From the NCBI GenBank assembly GCA_021161045.1, contig JAGHBJ010000063.1, positions 1-45,072 of the forward strand: DNA of 45,072 nt, in the 5' to 3' direction. A program made the position numbers and the translations under genes. This stretch comes from Candidatus Bathyarchaeota archaeon (GTDB taxonomy: Archaea; Thermoproteota; Bathyarchaeia; TCS64; B23). The first letter of the stretch is position 1, and each line of letters begins with the position of its first letter. Below the pieces are notes generated by a model. That model was not told the origin of the DNA. It saw nothing but the letters and a program-made list of their open reading frames with translations, and searched no databases. Shown here piece after piece: positions 1 through 6,303 of the stretch.

Positions 1-113
1 GCTTTGAAGGTGTTGCCTCGCTTGATGACTTTCAATTCTCTTTGTGAGATTCCCAGAAGTTGTTGGCGCACTTCGGATGCACCTTATAGCTTTCAATTCT
101 CTTTGTGAGATTC
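1..113 (-). CRISPR. CRISPR repeat-spacer units in minus orientation: repeats at 29-52 and 90-113, a full 37-nt spacer at 53-89, and a spacer at 1-28 truncated by the window edge
   Basis: The 24-nt repeat CTTTCAATTCTCTTTGTGAGATTC is identical at 29-52 and 90-113. Its reverse complement GAATCTCACAAAGAGAATTGAAAG ends in ATTGAAAG, the 8-nt crRNA tag known for crenarchaeal Cas6-processed repeats. The transcribed sense of these units is therefore the minus strand. Confidence 0.8.
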
Positions 114-230
114 ATGGCCTACTCACAAAGAGAATTGAAAGCTATAAGGTGCATCCGAAGTGCGCCAACAACTTCTGGGAATCTCACAAAGAGAATTGAA
201 AGTCATCAAGCGAGGCAACACCTTCAAAGC
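1..230. repeat. Perfect inverted repeat (palindrome): arm 1-109 is the exact reverse complement of arm 122-230, with a 12-nt centre at 110-121 (ATTCATGGCCTA)
   Basis: Base-by-base reverse complementation of 1-109 reproduces 122-230 with 109/109 matches. The left arm is cut by the window edge, so the true arm length is at least 109 bp. Confidence 0.95.
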
Positions 231-264
231 GTTGAATGGGGAATCTCACAAAGAGAGTTGAAGG
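122..264 (+). CRISPR. CRISPR array end in plus orientation. Repeats lie at 122-141 (5'-truncated, 20 of 24 nt), 179-202 (perfect) and 241-264 (degenerate terminal repeat). Spacers lie at 142-178 (37 nt) and 203-240 (38 nt).
   Basis: GAATCTCACAAAGAGAATTGAAAG is at 179-202. GAATCTCACAAAGAGAGTTGAAGG at 241-264 has 2 mismatches, which is typical of a trailer-end repeat. Spacer lengths of 37-38 nt are typical for such arrays. No leader-like sequence precedes the first, truncated repeat. Confidence 0.85.
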
Positions 265-497
265 GGTCGACCCGTATCAGGCGAGGAGGACGTCCCTCTC
301 AACCACGAATCCTTAGGGAACTCCCTGAACATCTCAAAAACGGGAGAGAAGCGATGATGAAAGTCGAGACCCCCAGAAGGGTCTCACTGAGATAAAAATG
401 GACCTATTGTTAGGTGATGCCACTCAAGTCGATGTATGGATCGTCTTCGAGGTTTGGAAAGCTTTTAATGAGACCCTAGGGAGTTTTATCCCCGTCG

Positions 498-674
498 GTG
501 TTGAGGTTGGAGGAGGAGAGGCCTAGAGGCCCGGTCTATGAATGTCTCCGCTGCGGCAGTCGAGTCGCCTACTCAGAGTTGGAGCGCTACGTCTCATTTC
601 GATGTCCCCAGTGTGGTTATCGCATCTTCAGGAAGGTTAGGCCTCCGGTTGTCAAGAGGGTGAAGGCGAGATGA
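498..674 (+). CDS. rpoP: DNA-directed RNA polymerase subunit P (Rpo12, Rpb12 homolog), a small zinc-ribbon protein
   Basis: This ORF is absent from the ORF track because it is under 60 codons with a non-ATG start. The frame ending at TGA 672-674 reads ...RPRGPVYECLRCGSRVAYSELERYVSFRCPQCGYRIFRKVRPPVVKRVKAR. It has two CxxC pairs followed by a basic tail, as in RpoP. An in-frame TAG at 477-479 bounds the 5' end. The start is GTG 498, TTG 501 or TTG 507. A TATA-like CTTTTAAT at 462-469 lies about 30 nt upstream. The stop overlaps the next ATG (ATGA at 671-674). Confidence 0.8.
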   Translation: MLRLEEERPRGPVYECLRCGSRVAYSELERYVSFRCPQCGYRIFRKVRPPVVKRVKAR

Positions 675-1249
675 CGTTGGAGGCTGAGAGCCTAGAGGAG
701 CGTCGGGCAGCCCTCATCATAAAGTATAGGGGCCTAGAGGTTGAGAATGTTGAGCGAGAGGGAAACCGGATCTACTACTATCTGAGAAAGAATGGCGATC
801 GCTATGTCATACTCTGCGTCCTAGGCGAGAAGACCATCGGCATCTCCTATATCAGAGACCTGAAGGAGAAGGTGGAGGAGCTAGGCGCCGTGAGGGGAAT
901 CCTCATCGGCGAGGGGCACTACACATACTCCGCCCGAAGCACAGTTGAGAAGCTCAACGAGGAGGCTGAACGTGAGGGGCGTGGACGCCTCATAGAGCTT
1001 ATACCCCCAAGCCTCCCAGCCTTCGACATCTTCCAGCACGAGCTGGTTCCAATACATGAGATCCTCTCAGAGGAGGAGAAGAGGGAGGTGCTGGAGCGCT
1101 ATCACGTGAAGCCCTATCAACTCCCCTGGATGAAGGCCTCAGACCCCGTGGCTATAATCCTAGGGGCGGAGCCTGGAGACATCATCAGGATAAGGAGTAG
1201 AAGCGAGACCGCCGGCGAATACATCTCATATAGATACGTGGTTGAGTAG
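671..1249 (+). CDS. rpoH: RNA polymerase subunit H (Rpo5) with a roughly 117-aa N-terminal extension, giving an Rpb5-like two-domain architecture
   Basis: C-terminal residues 118-192 (FDIFQHELVPIHEILSEEEKREVLERYHVKPYQLPWMKASDPVAIILGAEPGDIIRIRSRSETAGEYISYRYVVE) are a clear RpoH / Rpb5 C-terminal domain. The N-terminal 117 aa are in the same uninterrupted frame, with no internal ATG/GTG/TTG before the RpoH core. Confidence 0.9.
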   Translation: MTLEAESLEERRAALIIKYRGLEVENVEREGNRIYYYLRKNGDRYVILCVLGEKTIGISYIRDLKEKVEELGAVRGILIGEGHYTYSARSTVEKLNEEAEREGRGRLIELIPPSLPAFDIFQHELVPIHEILSEEEKREVLERYHVKPYQLPWMKASDPVAIILGAEPGDIIRIRSRSETAGEYISYRYVVE

Positions 1250-1457
1250 CATAGTTTTAAATGTGGATGTAAGTTTACATATTGAATTGTCTAAGAGACT
1301 CCTAGATCGAATCCTAAACGCCGCCAGAGACTTAAGAGAAGCCTTCAATAAAGCCTACAGGCGTGGAGGAGTCTGGTGGATCATCTTCACAGCCTCCATG
1401 ATCATCATCGCCCTAGACTTCATCCTCCTCGCCTTCATGCTGCTCAGATTCCTTTAA
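1242..1457 (+). CDS. Hypothetical small protein with a C-terminal transmembrane helix (WWIIFTASMIIIALDFILLAFMLL)
   Basis: This is an ORF-track entry with a TTG start overlapping the rpoH stop. Alternative in-frame starts are GTG 1263 and TTG 1287, downstream of the AT-rich element 1254-1261. No family was recognised. It overlaps the 3' end of the convergent ORF 1413-1670. Confidence 0.3.
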   Translation: MSSIVLNVDVSLHIELSKRLLDRILNAARDLREAFNKAYRRGGVWWIIFTASMIIIALDFILLAFMLLRFL

Positions 1458-1670
1458 GCCGCCTCTAAGCTCGCTGAGTATGACGAGGGCCTCCCCCAGG
1501 GGTATGTCAAGCCTCTTCGAGAGCTCCTCAGCCGTTATCTCGGGATCCTCCAGGAGGATGTGATCCCTGACGTAAGCCTTATGATACCTATACATCGGCA
1601 GTCGGTGAACCACCTCCACGAGGATTAGCCAGAGGGGGCTTCGCTCCAGATCGTCGTCCAAGCGGCTCAC
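1413..1670 (-). CDS. Hypothetical 85-aa protein with a possible small helix-turn-helix (ITAEELSKRLDIPLGEALVILSELR) and an acidic tail
   Basis: The start overlaps the stop of the upstream ORF 1667-2179 by 4 nt, implying translational coupling. No family was recognised. Confidence 0.5.
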   Translation of the reverse strand: MSRLDDDLERSPLWLILVEVVHRLPMYRYHKAYVRDHILLEDPEITAEELSKRLDIPLGEALVILSELRGGLKESEQHEGEEDEV

Positions 1671-2179
1671 CCCCTCGAAGTAAGCCGCTCATACATCCTA
1701 TCGAAGGCCCATCGAAGACTGCTTCTAATCTCCCTAAACCTCCTCTCATCACCATAATTCCGAATGATGAGTCTAACAATTCGATCGCCATCGGTCTCAA
1801 CCTCGTAGGAGAGAACATCATCAGGGGATATCTCACCCTTAGAGGCCCTCCTCTCATCCTCCCTCCTCATATTCTCCAGAGTCCGCTCTAGGACAAAGAC
1901 TCGGAAAAGTGGGGAGGAGGCGGAGAATTCGACGTCGCCTCTAGGCTCAAAGATGATGGATCTTCCATCGCATCTCAGAGTTCCCAGGAGAATCCCGCTC
2001 TTCCCCTTCAAGGAGGTTGAGCCTCCAATCCCCTCATCAGCCCTCCTAAAGCCGAGGTGAGCTATCAATCGATCAACCTCGGCGAGGACTCTACGGAGAT
2101 CCTCCAGCTCCCCCTCTAGACGCCTAATCCTCTCCTCCAGCCCCTCCCTAATTCTGAGAAGCCTCCTAACCTCCTCCAA
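1667..2179 (-). CDS. Hypothetical 170-aa protein with an N-terminal coiled coil (EEVRRLLRIREGLEERIRRLEGELEDLRRVLAEVDRLI) and an uncharacterised C-terminal domain
   Basis: It has a TTG start at 2179 and a TATA-like TTATAA at 2212-2217 about 33-38 nt upstream on the minus strand. It has protein-like composition and forms a coupled pair with 1413-1670. Confidence 0.6.
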   Translation of the reverse strand: MEEVRRLLRIREGLEERIRRLEGELEDLRRVLAEVDRLIAHLGFRRADEGIGGSTSLKGKSGILLGTLRCDGRSIIFEPRGDVEFSASSPLFRVFVLERTLENMRREDERRASKGEISPDDVLSYEVETDGDRIVRLIIRNYGDERRFREIRSSLRWAFDRMYERLTSRG

Positions 2180-2210
2180 GGAATCCTCATGGATCAGGAG
2201 GGCTACAGCC

Positions 2211-2246
2211 CTTATAAAGCCCCTTATAATCCTCCATCTTTAAAGG
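2211..2246. promoter_or_regulatory. Divergent promoter region with three TATA-like boxes: CTTATAAAG 2211-2219, CTTATAAT 2223-2230 and CTTTAAAGG 2238-2246
   Basis: The box at 2238-2246 is about 29 nt upstream of the pyrF TTG start (2271). The box at 2211-2219 is about 33-38 nt upstream of the minus-strand start at 2179. This spacing fits archaeal leaderless transcripts. Confidence 0.4.
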
Positions 2247-2270
2247 CCCAGAGGCCTATACTCCTTAGAG

Positions 2271-3143
2271 TTGCTGGGGGAAGGCTTCGTAAAGGGATAC
2301 CTAGAGCTGAGCAGGGAGAAGGAGAGCATCCTCTGCGTAGGCCTAGACCCCGCTGTGAGGGGGATGAGGGAACGCTACCTGGTTCCATACCCCCTCATAA
2401 AGCGTTATGGCCTAGGAGAGGGAGTTAAACGCTTCTGCCTAGACATCATAGTGGCTGTTGCCCCCTACACCCCGATGATCAAGCCCAACGCTCAATACCT
2501 AACCTACCTCTTCAGCCTCGAAGACCTCAAGGAGATCGTGGAGGCCATCCATGAAGCCAACTGCCTGGCGCTCCTAGACGCGAAGCTCAGCGACATAGCT
2601 TCGACTAATCAGGCAGCCCTACACTGGATAGACGCCGCCGGCTTCGACGCCGTCACCTTCAGCCCCTACCCAGGATATGAGGGTGGATGCGACGTGATAT
2701 ACCGCTGGGCCGAGGAGAGGGATAAGGGCATCTTCACCCTCTGCCGAATGTCGAATCCAGGGGCGAGAGACATACAAGGCCTAGTAGTCGAAGATGAACC
2801 CTTATACATCAAAGTCGCCCGTGAAGCCCATAGGCGTGGAGCCAACGGCTTCGTCGTCGGATGCACGGCCATAGAGGAGCTGGGCGCTGTTAGAGAAATC
2901 ATCGGCGAGGAACCCCTAATCCTCAGCCCAGGCCTCGGCCCCCAGGGCGGAGACCCAGCGGCAGCTATAAAACTCGGCTCCAACAGCAGAGGCGAGGGCC
3001 TCATCGTCGCCTCCTCCAGATCCATAGACTACGCCTATGAAGTCAGGGGCCTTAGCTGGGAGAGGTATGCCGAGGCGGCGGCGAGAGAGGCTGAGCGGAG
3101 GAGGGATGAGCTGAATAGGCTTAGACGGCAAGTCTTCGGATGA
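2271..3143 (+). CDS. pyrF: Orotidine 5'-phosphate decarboxylase, long (type 2) form
   Basis: LCVGLDP near the N-terminus, KPN, and LLDAKLSDIASTN (the D-x-K-x-x-D-I region) match OMP decarboxylase. The 290-aa length fits the type 2 form. Confidence 0.85.
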   Translation: MLGEGFVKGYLELSREKESILCVGLDPAVRGMRERYLVPYPLIKRYGLGEGVKRFCLDIIVAVAPYTPMIKPNAQYLTYLFSLEDLKEIVEAIHEANCLALLDAKLSDIASTNQAALHWIDAAGFDAVTFSPYPGYEGGCDVIYRWAEERDKGIFTLCRMSNPGARDIQGLVVEDEPLYIKVAREAHRRGANGFVVGCTAIEELGAVREIIGEEPLILSPGLGPQGGDPAAAIKLGSNSRGEGLIVASSRSIDYAYEVRGLSWERYAEAAAREAERRRDELNRLRRQVFG

Positions 3144-3166
3144 GGATGAAGCAGCAGCCATCCTCA

Positions 3167-3189
3167 CTTTAAGGTTTAATGTTTAATAT
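3167..3189 (+). promoter_or_regulatory. TATA-like element (CTTTAAGGTTTAATGTTTAATAT) upstream of the oxidoreductase operon
   Basis: This AT-rich box lies 12-34 nt upstream of ATG 3201, in an otherwise GC-rich context. Confidence 0.4.
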
Positions 3190-3200
3190 GGGAGCGGAGT

Positions 3201-3773
3201 ATGGATTCGGAGAGACCCACGATGATCGAGGTGAGATTCCATGGGAGAGGCGGACAGGGAGCCTGGACGGCTTCACTCCTCCTCGCCCACGGAGGCCTGA
3301 AGGAGGGGAAACATGTCCAGAGCTTCCCAGCCTTCGGACCTGAGAGAGCTGGAGCACCGATAACAGCCTACACCAGGATAAGCGATGAACCCATAGACAT
3401 CCACTCAGGCATCTACGAGCCAGATCTAGTTGTGGTCCTAGACCCAACGCTCCTAGGTCCATCGGTGGTTGAAGGCCTGAAATCTGGGGGTAAGATCATC
3501 GTCAACACCGCTGAATCCCCAGAGGAGATCAGGAGACGCCTTGGATTGGGAGAGGATGTCGAGGTCTGGACCATCGACGCCACAAGCCTGGCGCTGGAAG
3601 TCCTGAAGCGGCCTATAACCAACACAGTCATGCTCGGCGCCCTACTGAAGGCTGCGGGCATAGTTAAGCTGGAGTCGCTGCTGGAGGCCGTGAGGGAGAG
3701 ATTCAAGGGGGAGGTGGGAGAGCTGAACGTCAAGGTGATAGAGGCAGCCTACAAGGAGGTGAAGAGGGGATGA
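3201..3773 (+). CDS. porG: 2-oxoacid (pyruvate/2-ketoisovalerate):ferredoxin oxidoreductase, gamma subunit
   Basis: IEVRFHGRGGQGAWTAS is the gamma-subunit signature GRGGQG. The gene order gamma-delta-alpha-beta with overlapping stops and starts is the classic archaeal POR/VOR operon. Confidence 0.9.
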   Translation: MDSERPTMIEVRFHGRGGQGAWTASLLLAHGGLKEGKHVQSFPAFGPERAGAPITAYTRISDEPIDIHSGIYEPDLVVVLDPTLLGPSVVEGLKSGGKIIVNTAESPEEIRRRLGLGEDVEVWTIDATSLALEVLKRPITNTVMLGALLKAAGIVKLESLLEAVRERFKGEVGELNVKVIEAAYKEVKRG

Positions 3774-3979
3774 AGGAGGCCAAACCTGGATGGAGGGAGC
3801 TCCCCTTCGGGGCGGTCCCCTACAAGTCATCGCTGGAGTATCACACCGGCGACTGGGGCGTTGAACGCCCAGAGTTCGACCTCGAAAAATGTACGAGGTG
3901 CACCCTCTGCCACTTCTACTGCCCAGAGGGGGCGATAGGCTTTGAGGCGGGGCATCCGGAGGTTGATCTCCGATATTGA
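3770..3979 (+). CDS. porD: 2-oxoacid:ferredoxin oxidoreductase delta subunit (2x[4Fe-4S] ferredoxin-like), apparently frameshifted, with the C-terminal 22 codons continuing in another frame to 4044
   Basis: The first cluster motif CTRCTLCHFYCP is intact. The ORF ends at TGA 3977-3979. The expected second motif KGCGICANECPVEAIRMVRKG is encoded in the -1 frame at 3976-4044, and its TGA overlaps the porA ATG at 4041. Confidence 0.8.
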   Translation: MKEAKPGWRELPFGAVPYKSSLEYHTGDWGVERPEFDLEKCTRCTLCHFYCPEGAIGFEAGHPEVDLRY

Positions 3980-4040
3980 AGGGCTGTGGGATCTGCGCGA
4001 ATGAATGCCCCGTCGAAGCCATAAGGATGGTGAGAAAGGG

Positions 4041-5255
4041 ATGAGCAGTCAGAGGCTTCTGGGTTTAAACGGTGATGAGGCTGCTGCCTATGCTATAAAG
4101 CAGGTTAACCCCGACGTGGTGGCCGCCTACCCCATCACGCCTCAGACGATCATCGTCGAGAGGTTCAGCGAATACGTCGCCGACGGCCTCGTCGACACCG
4201 AGTTCGTCGCCGTCGAATCTGAGCACAGCGCCATGAGCTGCTGTATAGGGGCCGCGGCAGCCGGAGCCAGAGCCTTCACGGCGACGGCGGCCAACGGCCT
4301 TGCGCTGATGTGGGAGATGCTCTACATCGCAGCGTCTCTGAGGTTGCCCATAGTTATGGCCGTTGCGAATCGAGCCCTCAGCGCTCCGATAAACATCCAC
4401 AACGATCACAGCGACTCGATGGGGGCGAGGGACAGCGGCTGGATACAGATATACTGCGAGAACAGCCAGGAGGTCTATGATGCCTGTATCGAAGCCTGGA
4501 GGATCGGTGAGCATCTCGACGTCCAGCTGCCGGTGATGGTCTGCCTCGACGGCTTCACCCTCAGCCACACCATGGAGAATGTCCTGACGCTCAGCGATGA
4601 GGCGGTGAGAGACTTCATCGGCGAGCGCCCCTACATAAAGGTTCAGGGACACCTCGGCGAGGCCGAGTTCAGGTTAGACCCCGAGAAACCTTTGACGATG
4701 GGCCCCCTAGACCTCTACGACTTCTACTTCGAGCATAAGATGCATCAGGTGGAGGCGATGAGGAGGGCCTTGAAGGCGATACCGGAGATCGATGAGGAGT
4801 ATAGGGAGGTCTCTGGGCGCAGCTATAGGCTGCTACATCCCTACATGATGGAGGACGCGGAGGTCGCCCTTATCGGCCTCGGGTCGACGATGGGGACGGT
4901 GCGCCACGTCGTCGATAGGCTGAGGAAGAGGGGGGTGAAGGCGGGGATGGTGAAGATGAGGGTCTTCAGACCCTTCCCAACGGAGGAGCTCCAGGAGCTC
5001 CTGAAGGATGTGGAGGTGGTCGGAGTCCTCGATAAGGCGATGAGCTTCGGCGCCCCTGGAGGCCCACTATACGAGGAGCTGAGAGCGGTCTTCTACGACG
5101 CCGATGAGAGGCCCCTCATCGTCGACTACGTCTACGGCCTTGGAGGTAGGGATACGCCGCCAAATCTCATCGAGGAGGCCTATGAGGGACTGCTGGAGGT
5201 GAAGAGGCGTGGAGAGGCGGTTGAAAAGGTCAGATTCCTGGGGGTGAGGTGGTGA
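4041..5255 (+). CDS. porA: 2-oxoacid:ferredoxin oxidoreductase alpha subunit
   Basis: MSSQRLLGLNGDEAAAYAIKQVNPDVVAAYPITPQT is a typical alpha-subunit N-terminus. The start was chosen at ATG 4041, which overlaps the delta-subunit stop as ATGA, rather than the track start at 4005. Confidence 0.9.
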   Translation: MSSQRLLGLNGDEAAAYAIKQVNPDVVAAYPITPQTIIVERFSEYVADGLVDTEFVAVESEHSAMSCCIGAAAAGARAFTATAANGLALMWEMLYIAASLRLPIVMAVANRALSAPINIHNDHSDSMGARDSGWIQIYCENSQEVYDACIEAWRIGEHLDVQLPVMVCLDGFTLSHTMENVLTLSDEAVRDFIGERPYIKVQGHLGEAEFRLDPEKPLTMGPLDLYDFYFEHKMHQVEAMRRALKAIPEIDEEYREVSGRSYRLLHPYMMEDAEVALIGLGSTMGTVRHVVDRLRKRGVKAGMVKMRVFRPFPTEELQELLKDVEVVGVLDKAMSFGAPGGPLYEELRAVFYDADERPLIVDYVYGLGGRDTPPNLIEEAYEGLLEVKRRGEAVEKVRFLGVRW

Positions 5256-6232
5256 TGTCGACGGCTATAACCCTCAAGGAGATGGTGAAGAAGCCGGATC
5301 TACTCGCATCTGGACATAGGCTATGCGCCGGATGCGCTGAGCCCATCATCGCCAGATTGGTGCTTAAAGCCAGCAGAGGCGCCATCATCGCTACTACGGC
5401 CACCGGCTGCCTAGAGGTGGCGACGACGATATTCCCCTACTCGGCGTGGCGTATACCCTGGATACATACCGCCTTCGAAAACGCCGCCGCCACGGCCAGC
5501 GGGATAGAGGCGGCCTGGAGGGCGATGAGGCGTAAGGGACGTGGCCCCCTCGCCAGATATGAGACCTTAGACATCGTCGCCTTCGCGGGGGATGGCGGAA
5601 CCTATGATATAGGCCTACAAGCCCTATCCGGAGCCTTGGAGAGGGGACATGACTTCACCTATGTCCTCCTCGACAATGAGGCCTACATGAATACGGGGAT
5701 CCAGCGCAGCGGAGGAACACCCTACTGCGCCTGGACGACGACAAGCCCCGCTGGAACGGTGATCCCTGGGAAGAGGGAGTGGAAGAAGCCCATCGATGAG
5801 ATCGTCATCGCCCATGAGATACCCTACACGGCGACGGTCAGCCCTGCATATCCCCTTGACCTGATGCAGAAGGCGCGGGCCGCCTTCGAGACGGAGGGGC
5901 CGGCCTTTATCCACGCCATCTCTCCCTGCTGCAGAGGCTGGAGATTCCCGCCGAACAAGACGATCGAGGTGGCTCGGCTGGCCGTGGAGACCTGCTTCTT
6001 CCCCCTCTACGAATGCCGAGTGGAGGATGGTAGACCAATCTACAAGCTGTCGCCTCCAAGCCTCGCTATAGCGAAGAGGCCTGAGCGTAAGAAGCCGGTG
6101 GAGGATTATCTGAAGATCCAGGGGCGATTCAGACATCTCTTCAGGCCTGAGAGGCGTGGAGACCTCATCGAACGCATCCAGAGATGGGTTGACCGCAGGT
6201 GGGAGATGCTTCTGGAGAAGGCAGGCCTATAA
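5255..6232 (+). CDS. porB: 2-oxoacid:ferredoxin oxidoreductase beta subunit (TPP-binding)
   Basis: GHRLCAGCAEP and GDGGTYDIGLQAL (TPP-binding motif GDGx...) are present. ATG 5255 overlaps the porA TGA at 5253-5255. The track start is GTG 5249. Confidence 0.9.
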   Translation: MSTAITLKEMVKKPDLLASGHRLCAGCAEPIIARLVLKASRGAIIATTATGCLEVATTIFPYSAWRIPWIHTAFENAAATASGIEAAWRAMRRKGRGPLARYETLDIVAFAGDGGTYDIGLQALSGALERGHDFTYVLLDNEAYMNTGIQRSGGTPYCAWTTTSPAGTVIPGKREWKKPIDEIVIAHEIPYTATVSPAYPLDLMQKARAAFETEGPAFIHAISPCCRGWRFPPNKTIEVARLAVETCFFPLYECRVEDGRPIYKLSPPSLAIAKRPERKKPVEDYLKIQGRFRHLFRPERRGDLIERIQRWVDRRWEMLLEKAGL

Positions 6233-6238
6233 TCTCCC

Positions 6239-6244
6239 TTTTTT
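6239..6244 (+). terminator. Oligo-T tract (TTTTTT) 7 nt after the porB stop codon
   Basis: Archaeal RNA polymerase terminates at oligo-T stretches. This is the only T6 run in this GC-rich neighbourhood, and it sits right after the operon. Confidence 0.4.
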
Positions 6245-6303
6245 ATTGTATTCATCTTCTCAACCCCTTAATTTTATCTTTTCTCACACCTTCTACTTCG
6301 TGG

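Noticed and set aside
105-395. 96-aa ORF in the track (MRFMAYSQRELKAIRC...)
   Set aside because: It is translated straight through CRISPR repeats and spacers: the repeated QRELK motif is the repeat itself. It is not a gene.
1254-1284. AT-rich stretch with the small palindrome ATGTAA-GT-TTACAT after rpoH
   Set aside because: It has a 6-bp stem only. It is most simply an AT-rich terminator/promoter spacer between convergent units and is not enough for a specific call.
3141-3166. 8-bp stem hairpin TGAGGATG-N10-CATCCTCA starting at the pyrF stop codon, a possible terminator
   Set aside because: Archaeal termination relies on oligo-T tracts, and only CTTT follows the stem. The stem includes the stop codon and may be fortuitous.
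3971-3982. Programmed -1 ribosomal frameshift as an explanation for the porD frame change
   Set aside because: There is no X XXY YYZ slippery heptamer and no obvious downstream structure. Either a -1 or a +2 shift would still lose the first Cys of the CxxCxxCxxxCP motif. A one-base indel (TGC to TG) explains the sequence better.
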